A DNA stretch of 62,814 nucleotides, counting the filler, from Phoronis australis (lineage: Eukaryota > Animalia > Phoronida): NCBI GenBank assembly GCA_002633005.1. It is 8 parts of 8 records of this genome, joined end to end, with 100 filler letters (N's around TTAATTAATTAA, not from the genome) between each part and the next. Parts side by side here need not be neighbours in the genome. Positions count along the whole stretch, not along the records: positions 51,671 to 54,537 come from NMRA01003360.1; positions 54,638 to 59,578 come from NMRA01002450.1; positions 59,679 to 62,814 come from NMRA01000652.1; 5 more parts are not named here. One strand, 5' to 3'. A program made the position numbers and the translations under genes. Each line of letters opens with the position of its first letter. Position 1 is the first letter of the stretch. Positions 51,945 through 62,814 of the stretch are shown here, piece after piece. The notes beneath the pieces are model-generated. The model saw only the letters and a program-made list of their open reading frames with translations, was not told the DNA's origin and made no database searches.

Positions 51945-53132
51945 AAGTTCATGACATACAGAACCTGTTGCATGCCACCACTGAGGACTGTTTCATATAA
52001 GTCACGTAGTTTTATGCTCCCCAGCCCACAACTATTTCTGAAAAATTTGCTCAAAGTTGTAGGTTGTACCAAATTTTGGTTATCTAAAATTAAAGTATTA
52101 GCTTCAATGACAAAATGATCATTTTTCTTAGTGTTACAGACTATTAGGATGCATGAAAAAGGTTGCCAGCTGCTTTTGACAATTTTATGAACTGCGAGTC
52201 TATTTTCAGTCTCTGTCGATGCAAATTTAAGGAGTATAATGAATGCCAACAAAATTGACGATGCCAAAGTCTATGGAATCAGGGAAAATCAATGTATGCT
52301 TGAATGTATGTGTCCCAGTTGAGAGACTGGCTGAACTCAAGAATTGAGTAGAATAACTGCTGCGTATACTGGGTTGTGAAGGGAGGATGAGGGTTCAATG
52401 TTTCAATGCTTTGTATATTTCTGCCCAACTTAATTATTGTTATTGCTATAGTGGCAAGGAAAATAATGGTTCATTGAATCCATGAGTTTTGACAATCTAA
52501 GAAAATCATGCTACAATGATTTGTTTGGTTGATAAATTTCAAATAATGATTCTATGATTCAGTTGGTATCGAAGTGAATAGTTGTGCATTGCCTTTACAC
52601 CAACTTCAGACTTTTTGCCATATAAATATTCTGAAAGTTCAAAGTTGGAGCATTGACTTTATGTTGAGTATTTGCTCTGATTGCACTCTCACACAGTGCT
52701 ATGCCTAATTAATGCTGTCAAAAATGATTGTACGGGGCCCCTCATTGATAAAACCTGGTTAATGACACATTGTTCGGATTAAATGCTTCAACAGTGGTGG
52801 CTCATGGCTGCAGAAACAACGGCAGATTATAATGATGTATTCTTTTAAATTACATGTTCCATGCTCACTAACACTACAACAAGATAGTTTACTTTGGTTA
52901 TCATGCCCAAATGCATGATGTTTTATTTTGTCTTAGTGTCATTGACTACCAGCACATGTGCATAACCTGTATGTGGGCCTGTAATAAAAACACTCTCTCT
53001 GAAAATCTGTACCAAATTGAGCAGTAAGTAACATAGTGTAATGATTTCATATTTTCTGTTATCGAATTAAGAAACATTGAGCACAATTTTGTACATCTGC
53101 CCAGATCAGAAAATTGTTGATAATAACTTTCC

Positions 53133-54270
53133 ATGGGAACAGCTCACTAATCCGAAGATGCAGTTAAGGTCCAAAGATGCAGTTAAGGTCCGAATGTGCA
53201 CTGAATCTGATGGTTCACTAGTCTGAAGGTGCACTAGTCCGAAGGTTTACTAGTCCGAAGGTTCACTAGTCCGAAGGTTCACTAGTCCGAGGGTTCACTG
53301 GTCCGAGGGTGCACTGGTCCGAGGGTTCACTGGTCCGAAGGTTCACTGGTCCGAAGGTTCACTGGTCCGAAGGTTCACTGGTCTGAAGCGCACTAGTCTT
53401 AAGGTGCACTAGTCTGAAGGTCTACTAATAAGGTGTTGCTAAGCGATAAAACATTTTAAATGCAATTTTTGTTGTTATACGAAACTCACTCCGGCAGATG
53501 CGCCCGGTAACCATCGGGAGAATCAAGTCAGTGACTGGTCTTTATTTACTTTGCGGGGTTTGCTATAAGACATTTGATTGGTTTATGGGTGTAGAAGTTG
53601 TCACCAGCAACCAGTCGAATGTCTCTGCTGGTTGCAGGAGTGAATCAAATGTAGCCAGGGATTTTAAAGAATGAAAACGTATAAAGGCACAGAATATCAG
53701 GAATTACCATGAGATTCTGTTAGAAAACTTCCTCGAATTGAGATTTTTGGCGAACGCCCAAATTCATGCCTGTATGTCATCCTTTTTGTCTCAAGTTTTG
53801 TGCAAGATTAATGATCAATAACTCACAGTCAACAATGAATTGTTTCACTTTGTATTCATTCATTAACGACAGTGTGTGGCAGCACAAAGTATCATCTTCG
53901 ATGTCGCACGAATGCATTACAGCAACATTTTTGAAAACGTTTGGAGATTGTTTTTCACATCTATTCAGTGACGCACCGATGAGTCATATACAGGCATGAC
54001 TGCCACTGCATATTATTACATGTAGAAACATACGAAAAATTCACTTGAGTACGAAATGTTCTATTTCATCGTCAGTGGCGGATTTAGAGGGGGACCAAGG
54101 GGGGTGCCCCCCCCCCCTAAAACTCCCAAATTCCATTTGGCAGTTTGGGGGTGCTAATGTCTGACGGACGAAATCTTGACTAATACTATGCCCTGGCCCC
54201 CCTAACTAAAAATCCTGGATCTGCCCCCGATCCTATAAGTACACCTTCGGACTTAACTGCCATGTAATCT
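53133..54270. mobile_element. MITE-like element carrying a 16-bp minisatellite (~53150-53425)
   Basis: (A/G)GTCCGAAGGTTCACT array; ends ATGGGAACAG and TTCGGACTTAACTGCCATGTAA, similar to 9032-9868. Confidence 0.6.
54073..54229. mobile_element. hAT-like MITE with 5-bp TSD
   Basis: CAGTGGCGGATTT...GGATCTGCCCCCG; flanks ATCGT/ATCCT. Confidence 0.8.
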
Positions 54271-54675
54271 TTGTACAAAGTTGATTATCTGCTGTCCAAT
54301 TTTTCTTTCTGGTTCTTTTCATATGATGCGCAGTGTTCAATGTAAAATTAAGCTGAAATTGTGAATACATCGCATCTCCCGCAGCCAGCTCTTATTTAAG
54401 GTGCCTTGGACTCATGTGACGAAGGTACGTCAAATTTCAGCAACAGTGTTCATTTTGACAAATTGTTAAACTGATGCACAGTATCAGCTCTGAAATGTTC
54501 CATAAAGGATCATGAACTTGTTCATGAATGTTCATGANNNNNNNNNNNNNNNNNNNNNNNNNNNNNNNNNNNNNNNNNNNNTTAATTAATTAANNNNNNN
54601 NNNNNNNNNNNNNNNNNNNNNNNNNNNNNNNNNNNNNGCATTATGTATGATTTTGGTTTTCTGGTTGTATTGCAG

Positions 54676-54759
54676 GAGGGTCCTATGATTCATTCAGGTG
54701 CTGTTATTGCGGCCGGTATATCGCAAGGGCGGTCTACATCATTGAAGAAAGATTTAAGG
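54676..54759 (+). CDS. CLCN7: H+/Cl- exchange transporter 7 (ClC-7), internal exon
   Basis: [28 protein letters not shown]; AG/GT bounded, phase 0. Confidence 0.95.
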
Positions 54760-55460
54760 GTGAGCCATATGTGTACCAGTTTCATATCTGTTTGATTTGT
54801 ATGCTGGTTTTATGATATCATATGGTGCTTAGACTTTGGAAATCTGAAAAAATTGCTACCGCTTCTATATGTTATAAATAACAAACAAACAACTTGCCAT
54901 TTTTGCCAGTTTGGCAATGTATATCATTATTCAAAATTAAATTTAATTATTTTGCAGATGGCTAAAAATTTTGAATTAAGCAAATGGTAGCCATGTTAAA
55001 CTGACATTTTTCATTCACAAGAGTGAATAGTGAACGTGTAAATCTTGAATTATGGCAAGAATCCTCCAGTTTAGGACAGTCGTTAAAATTTCTTATACAA
55101 AATGCTGAATTTTCATTATTACGAAGATTGGGATATGTGGGGGATTTTTGCATTCATCGTATTTCTATGATGTGAATAGATTCAGCAGTTCAAAAAATTG
55201 TTGAGAATTACTGCTGATGCAACATGCGTCCCCATAGTATGTATCATTGAGGTGTATAATCATTTGTCATTGAGCGCAATTCTTGAAATTGGGATAGCCA
55301 GTATTGCCTTATTTCTAAAATATGGTACAAGTTCCAACCTTGTGCAAAATAATTAATTGAAAGTTTCACAGTCCCAAACTGGAGAATTCTTATTGTAGCA
55401 AATCATCTAATTTTTGTTGGTGAACTATAAGAAATTTGATTTCTCCCCTCCTCTCTGCAG

Positions 55461-55619
55461 TTCTTCAATCATTTTCGTACTGATACAGAGAAGAGAGACT
55501 TTGTGTCAGGTGGTGCTGCGGCGGGGGTCTCTGCAGCCTTTGGAGCTCCTGTAGGGGGTGTTCTCTTCAGTCTAGAGGAAGGAGCCAGCTTCTGGAAGCA
55601 GTCGCTCACCTGGCGAATT
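55461..55619 (+). CDS. CLCN7: CLCN7 internal exon
   Basis: [49 protein letters not shown]. Confidence 0.97.
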
Positions 55620-56412
55620 GTAAGTCATTGAGCTGGGCTAAGTTGCATTTTTTGAATCTTCTGCATTTCTCACCCATATACGTTTGTTTATTGTCTGACA
55701 TCCAAAGGTAATATTAAACAATGGCAAAATGATGCTCGATACTCATCTTGGTATTCAGTATTATCCAGCTAGGTCTGAGGTCTAATCTCCAAACTTGAAA
55801 TCGTACACGAAATTATTTTTTATTTTTTTTGTCCTGCTTTTAATACAAGTATCTTGATTTTGACCCCTAAATTCAAGTTACAAACCCGAGTAACAAGTCG
55901 AAATTTTGAGTTCAGACTCAACTTACAACTTAAACGCTGACGTCTTCAAGTGCAAACTAGGGTTAGACAGTCAGCCAGGTAAACCATGCAGTACTCAAGT
56001 ACAGAATGAGTGGACACTAGAATAAAAAAGAAAATGTCAATTATAATTTTGAGTCCAAATTTGATTACAAAGGTTAGATCTCATGCCCTGGTATTGTACA
56101 TCAGTCATTCAAGATTTTTCACATAAATATCTTTAGATATAAGTTATGTATGTGGTGGTTTGGTGTCCAATTTGCAACTGTGATAAAGTTTCTTGTTTTG
56201 ATTATTTGGTCATCCGCCACTTCCACTAGAATATGAGTTTACACATTACGCAAGTATGTTCGAGTGAATGAAGATCTGAGCGAGGTGTATTCTGTATAAA
56301 TTATTCATTAAGAAAGATTGCGTTTAACATTTGTCAAAACATCATTGCATGTTATGACTGATTTTTTTATAATTAAAAATTGCTTTTAATGTGATTTTTT
56401 CTTCATTTTCAG

Positions 56413-56523
56413 TTCTTTTCATCCATGATCTCATCATTCACATTGAATGTCGTGCTCAGCTACTGGAGACATAATGAGGGAGGCTTGTCCTATCCTGGCT
56501 TGATTACGTTTGGCAAGTTTGAT
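56413..56523 (+). CDS. CLCN7: CLCN7 internal exon
   Basis: [16 protein letters not shown]...[13 protein letters not shown]. Confidence 0.95.
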
Positions 56524-56569
56524 GTAAGCATTTAAACTATGCTTTAGTTACATATTTATGTCTAAGGCC

Positions 56570-56770
56570 CTGCCATATACATGCCATACACCTGCCATAT
56601 GCATGCCACATACATGCCATATACATGCCATATACATGCCATGTACATGCCATATACATGCCATATACATGCCATATGCCTGCCATATACATGCCATATA
56701 CACGCCATGTACATGCCATATACATGCCATATGCATGCCATATACATGCCATGTGCATACCATATACATC
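56570..56770. repeat. 11-bp minisatellite (TGCCATATACA)n in CLCN7 intron
   Basis: About 18 slightly diverged copies. Confidence 0.95.
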
Positions 56771-57001
56771 AATAGTTTTATAAAAAGACATGTGGTATAT
56801 GTTGGATTAGATGTCTTCAACTTGCTATGGTTAGTAGTTGCCTGTCATTGTCAAAACTGTTTAAAATTGTTGCAGAATTGATGTGCACCCTTGGTTATGG
56901 ACACACAATATACCTTTACTCTCTACATTGACTTTCCTTTCTTTATTGTTTCCCTACACAAATCAGAAGCGTGTGGTCGAGGAATGGGTATTTTGTTTCA
57001 G

Positions 57002-57117
57002 AACCTTGTGTACAGTATATCTGAACTCCCCTTGTTTGTTGTCATCGGCGCCATTGGAGGTCTGACTGGTGCTCTGTTCAACTATATTAACCAACAACTG
57101 TCCATATTTAGAATTAA
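57002..57117 (+). CDS. CLCN7: CLCN7 internal exon
   Basis: NLVYSISELPLFVVIGAIGGLTGALFNYINQQLSIFRI; GTAAGT donor. Confidence 0.93.
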
Positions 57118-59689
57118 GTAAGTACTCCATATGTTGGCTGATAATTCACCTCCATCTTTGATCTTGTCCTCATATTAGCCTCTATTTGAGTTTGTTTTTA
57201 TTGTTTATAATCAAATTTACACTAGATTTTATGAGAGTTACCGTTTTCGCCGTAATAAGCGCCCATGCCCCTATAAGCGCCCCCCATACGTTTTCAGACT
57301 TAGCTAAAATAAGCGCCCAGTCCATGAACGTGTACATGCGAAAAATGGCTTACCTACAGTCCTAAAATTCTACAGTAACGTCTTCAATTTATCAATAATA
57401 TCCGACAGTCCTGAAAAAATCATCACGCGCAGAATTTGTAGACCACGAGCCTTGCCGCCATGTCGGTATTTAGCCGTGACTATCTACTTTAAACTTCGGC
57501 CATGCCTCAAAACGAACACAAAGGTTCTACTGATATTGCGAGGACCAATGGTCTGGCCTTTCAGAACAGAAGTAGTGTACTTGTCTACGGGATTGCTTTT
57601 TAGATATTTCCCACTTTCAACAGGAATCCAAATTTCTTTGTAGGCCTACACGTGAAAACCGCGAATCGAAGACTANTCCAATATGTGTCAACTGTGGAAA
57701 TGGCTGTTGGCCATTGAAGGGTTTGCACTCTGGATTAGCTATTGATTGGGGGTGGTCTGTTGTTGTGTTTTGTTCAGTTCATGCAGTGCGTATTTGAGGG
57801 CAGGCCAAAGGTTAAGGATTTGGTTGTCAACTGAGCTAAAGGCCCAATATTTGTTTGGTTACTTTAAACCAGAGTAGTGTGCCACCTGGTGGCGAAAATA
57901 GTACCATGCTGGTTGTAGCACTCGTTTCAAGGGGGATGTCATTAAATGGTGTTTGTAAACAAGGCCACCATTTTTAGTACTGGGTGTAGTGGTTTTTTCA
58001 CAAAAAATACAGGGGGAGGTAAATGAAAATAAATACCCTAGATAAATAGTAAACAGAAGATCCAAGGCAACAAACTTCCAAGTCGCACTTGCAGTGTTTT
58101 TTATGAAAACTGCTGTAGCCATTATTTTAAAACTTGGGTCATTTCAAATAAAAAACCCCAGAAATGAGAATTTGTTTTCCAATATCCGAAAATTCAGGGT
58201 GGCGGATCTGTAAACTAAATTCTTAAAAAAGCTCAACTAAGAATGTTGGCAGTTCAACCTGAATAGTGATGTGACATTCAAAGTGGCATTGTGATGGTAA
58301 TTATCAGTTCGCTNATTACAAACACTATTCAACAGCAACAGTTTCCATGATATGAAAGTGGACATACATGTAACTATTACCATGGTGACGTAATAGTGTT
58401 TCCTTACACCAGAATTTGACAAGCATCATTTAAAAAAATATGAAGTTGCAAGGAACAAGAATTAGAGGCTTGAAGCTTCACAATCCAACATAGCTTATTC
58501 CTCAAATTAAGATTACGGTAAAGTCGCGTGATTTTCGGACACTGAAAATTAATTCCAATAGAAAAAATTCATTCTTGGACGAATCTCGCGAAACATCATT
58601 TCTGTGGTGTCCGAATTTGGCGGACCTCCAAATTTGGGTTTCCGCTAGTGTCCGAATTTCGTGAGTGTACATTATTTCGATGAGAGGTCGTAGTATCAAC
58701 ATTGCTGGCTCGTTCATTTGATAGCAGTACAATTGCAGGTAAATGAGACTCAAATGGTCTGCGCGAGTAATTTTTGAAAATCTGGCTTTCCCAATAAGAA
58801 ATGTGCGCTGTCTACGCACAAGACCGTTCCCGACAAGTGTTGGTTCTTCTTTTCAAAGATGCGCTTTCTCAATATGAAATATTCCGCTTGCATTGCGGAT
58901 GCTCAAAAACCGTTCTCGGCAAGTGACGGAATCTTTTCAAAACTGCGCTATCTCACTTGAAATATCGGGCTGCGTTGTGAAAAAAGAGTCTTCTTGGTGA
59001 CAAATATGGGCTTTCCAATGAGTGGGTCTGGTTTGCGTTGTTGACGCGAATGAAACGCTGCAGACAGCTGATTCTCTTTTGTAAAAATTCGTTTTCTCAA
59101 TAAAAAAATGTCGAGTTTGCGCTGTCAACGCACTGTTTCCCAATTAAAAGCTGGACTTGCGTATTCGACGCACAAAGAGGGTTCCCGACCACTGATCTAA
59201 ACATGCGCTTTCTCAATTTTAACGAATTTTGCATTAAACGTAACAGTAATGGATGAGGAATCGATCGAGTTCAATGAAGAAAGTGATGAACAATGACGAG
59301 AACATAGCATATATTTATGTTTGTTAAACGTATCCATGCATTGTCTGCTGGTTACAAACCGAAACGCAAGTTAACTCTGACACGTTTATTTCCATATTAA
59401 CTGAAAGCTCAGTTTCAACATGAAAACTTCGAATGAGCAATTACCCAAAATAGATTACAAAGACAATTATAACAGTAAAATGAGTAGTTTCTCATCGACT
59501 TTATCCCCATTCGTCGTCCTGGTAGTCGTCTGAATTGTTGAAGAAGCGCTGTCGTTCTACATGTTTAGGCCTAGTGCANNNNNNNNNNNNNNNNNNNNNN
59601 NNNNNNNNNNNNNNNNNNNNNNTTAATTAATTAANNNNNNNNNNNNNNNNNNNNNNNNNNNNNNNNNNNNNNNNNNNNTACAAGCCATT

Positions 59690-60405
59690 TGAAAGAATAT
59701 ACTTCAAAGAATCCACATGCAAAAAATCACGTCTTTTTCTCTTCCCGTTTAAAATCGCACTCCAGCACGACTGAAAATGGGTCAACATGCGCCAGATCCG
59801 CCATCTTGAAAGCAACTTCCGGTTTTTGGTTTTGTATAATAGCATGTCATAAGAAACTAATACCTGTAAAAATTCGAAGGAATTGGTCTTATAATGCGCC
59901 CTCTACAGGAGAAAATGTTTTCAGGCCAAAATCGAGGTGTGCATGCGCGATCGCCGATATTTCCGCCATCTTTAACCGGAAGTAAACAATTTCCGGCATA
60001 GTTGTAGCAAACTTCCGGTCCATTTACTGTGCCGATTCTTAGCCAGTTACATAAAAAGTTGTAGCCTCCAGAAGCATTTGAACCTTTAAATGGAAACAAA
60101 ATGGCCGCCACAGCCGCCATCTTGGATCCGATTTTGACGAAAAACAATAGGCTTCCAGTACTTCCGGAAGTACGTGTTGTGTGTAAATTTCGTGATGATC
60201 GGACGAAAATTGCGACCTGTATCGTGCGAACAAACAAAAAAAAAAACTTAGTGGAAGAGCAACATACTTGGCGAAATTTATTTCGCCAAGTAAAAAAACA
60301 AACTTAGTGGAAGAGCAACATACTTGGCGAAATTTATTTCGCCAAGTAAAAACTTGACGACAGAGCAACATACTTGTCGGAATTCGAAGAATTCCGCCAA
60401 GTAAT
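59690..60405 (+). repeat. Helentron-like repeat with triplicated terminal hairpin
   Basis: GAGCAACATACTTGGCGAAATTTATTTCGCCAAGTAA twice plus a variant third copy (60245-60404). Confidence 0.55.
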
Positions 60406-62522
60406 TAGCCTATCCTGGTCACGTCTGTACACTTAGGCTTGACAGCGATTGAACCTCTTGCTGTAGTATTTGTACAGATGATATCATAAGTCCTGCTTGT
60501 CCCATAGAGCATATCCTTTTGTGAACATATTTCAAAAATATTTTCACATAGTCGGCATTTTGAATCTTGTAACTTTCTACGCACATGTAGCGATTGGACA
60601 ATTAAATCATTTCTTGGCCGTTCAGTCTTGAACATCACGATCTGAGTGACCAGTAAGCGAGTTAGAGCTTACAGTCCCACAAAGCAATCAACAGGTGAAA
60701 TTTAAGTCTAATTTCTGTGAAATTCAACCGTTTTTCTCCGTTCGAAGTTTTTTTGGTGATACAAATCACATCTTTGTCACAACATTTGTTCAACGCCGTT
60801 TGGAAATAGTATTTTAAGTATCGGTTATCGTCAGGCGCGCTGTGTAGGCCCTACAATGAAATTGCTGGGTTACGTGAGCTTATCAGATGAACGCAAGAGA
60901 GTTCGACTACGTAAACATTGGCTTGCCAACTTTCTTTCGTAATGCTATCGCTGTCGAACTCAAACGTCACTTCTGTAAACTAGCGGATCAGTGAAATCGG
61001 GATAGCGGTACTCATTCCACAGCGCGGGTGCGTAACGTCTTGGATTTATGCGCCGACAAGCGCTATAGGACGCACCCAAAAGTGTGTTTTGGTGCCGTCA
61101 AAAAGCGCATTTGCACTTGTCCCCCCCAAAATCGTGACGCATTACTCAGCAGAGAGGGCCTCGGCGAACAAACTGAATCTCAAGGAGTCACTTGTCGGAA
61201 ACATTCATACTTTTATACCGTTAAAAAAATTGGCTGTATCAAAGTAGTCTACTATTCCCGTAATATGTGAAGAGCATTTAAAGACATTTTGATCGACGTA
61301 ACTTTTAAAGTACCGGTACACTGCACCCTAGGTTTTTCTAACAACAGTGACGACAAAGTTAGGAATCTCAGTGCGTGGTCCCTCGTTTTGTGCAAGCACA
61401 CATGGATCTTCTTTTATCTTACTGTTTTGCTCATTAATGAATTCGGTGTGCAGTTCAACATACCCGGTTGAAACGAACTACCCGCATGCACTAGACTACA
61501 ATAAATTGTCTGAATACTCCATTCATGCGGCAGGTTAAGAATATTTTACAGGGTGAGACAATGGCACTGAGCCCGTAAGATTTTCATCATTTGACTTTTT
61601 ACGATGACATGGATCGGCGTGGTCTCCTGCAGTTGTGGGGCCCGCGGATAAGTGTTCTAGTAGGCCCTGTGGTAAAGGCAGCTTGCAGCACAGAGCTCAC
61701 AGCTGAGCCATGGCCAACCAGTGCAGTCTCTGAAGCTGCTAATCCCGTGATCACCCGGTAAGCCAGAGACCGTAAACAAACATTGCTCCACATTGATTGG
61801 ACAATATTCAGAAGAAGTAGGCGTGTCCGAAATCAGTCTAGTTTATTCGCCAGAACGTGTATTGCGTCATGAAGTAGGCCACTATATATCGTAAACACTG
61901 ACGTCGATCAAAACATTACGAAGTGTTCGCTGCCGTTGGATTGAGAAGGCAACTAGAAGATAAATCAATGACCATGAATGGATGTGTGAAAGGTTAGTAC
62001 AGCGTTCCTTTGTTAATTCGGTGACATTCTTTGTTAACTTCACTCATAAATACTTCAGTAAACAGCAGTGACCTTGTCTGTCCTTGTTACGAATGGCCGC
62101 CCACGTCTGGCACACAGTCACAGTATGATGAAGGGGTCAGATCAGCTGAGGAAGGTTTTTTCACAATTTAGGTATCGACTATGGTTCATAAGGAAAATAA
62201 ATGTACTCCCAAAAGTTGTGGTGTGAAGGAAAACAATTCCTAGGTAAATTGTTTAAGCTACAGCATGCTTTAATTTGTATGTGTATGATTGAACAGCTTG
62301 GTATGAAGGCAAGACTGACAGGTGGTGTCAACACCAAGGGTGAACATATAAAGGAGAAAGACCATCTAGGATTAGGCAAACTGTTAACAGGGAATAGACA
62401 AGAGGACTGATTCAGTGGCGGCTGCTATGGCGATTTCAGTGTCTACAGACTACGTCTATTAGTGAAGGATGTCCTAGTTGAATTGTAGTTTTTGCCACAG
62501 CTGACTTTTTAGACAGAGTTGA

Positions 62523-62672
62523 CAGGGGCGGATCCAGGATTTTGAGTTGGGGGGGGGCACAGCAGAGTATTAGCTAGGATTTTGCCCGTCAGACATTCGC
62601 AGCCCCCAACTGCCACATGGAATCTGGGAGAATTTTAGGGGGGCCATGGCCCCCCCTCTAAATCCGCTTCTG
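62523..62672. mobile_element. hAT-like MITE with 5-bp TSD
   Basis: CAGGGGCGGATCC...AATCCGCTTCTG; flanks GTTGA/ATTGA; same family as 10974. Confidence 0.8.
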
Positions 62673-62814
62673 ATTGACACTCAGTGGTTTATGGAAATTT
62701 TATCTTGTAATAAGGCAGAACTACGCTATGTGCAGTTATGTGTTGTCAAATCGGCCAATTCTGTCACCACAAAGCAGAGTATTAATATGCGTTGTGTTTA
62801 TAGTACTGTGACGT

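Noticed and set aside
51773-52267. 164-aa minus-strand ORF with hydrophobic start
   Set aside because: Non-ATG start, partly built from a 30-bp tandem repeat, no recognisable domain
53150-53425. Regular short repeats resembling a CRISPR array
   Set aside because: Head-to-tail 16-bp units with no unique spacers, no cas genes, and a eukaryotic context
56537-56881. Overlapping Cys/His/Met-rich ORFs
   Set aside because: Translations of an 11-bp intronic minisatellite
61347-61780. Possible exons ending in GTTAAG/GTAAGC donors
   Set aside because: No start codon or family motif; unsupported without transcripts

Overview
Repeat-dense, intron-containing genomic DNA from an invertebrate animal. It is not prokaryotic: there are no operons, CRISPR arrays or rRNA genes. 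Seven 100-bp pads (N44-TTAATTAATTAA-N44) join eight contigs, so adjacency across pads is not trustworthy. Three host genes are recognisable: a near-complete TSEN54 (7 exons, 32786-40275, last exon not found), four internal exons of CLCN7 (54676-57117), and a divergent SLC52 riboflavin-transporter-like gene (12119-14886). The SLC52-like exon is split by a THAP-bearing ISL2EU-like DNA transposon with an AT TSD, which itself carries a 750-bp insertion with a 9-bp TSD. The most notable hidden structure is a 4.2-kb element (16766-21002) with a perfect 9-bp TSD and short TIRs, inserted in a ~110-bp satellite. It holds convergent decayed RecQ-helicase and transposase-like remnants, which is the AcademH architecture. 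The remainder is Ty3/gypsy gag and LTRs, two solo LTRs, LINE fragments, Kolobok/Harbinger/hAT-like MITEs (one family with 5-bp TSDs), Helentron-like repeats with CTCF-like motifs, and minisatellites. I found no clearly new biological system. All family assignments come from manual motif recognition, not database searches.
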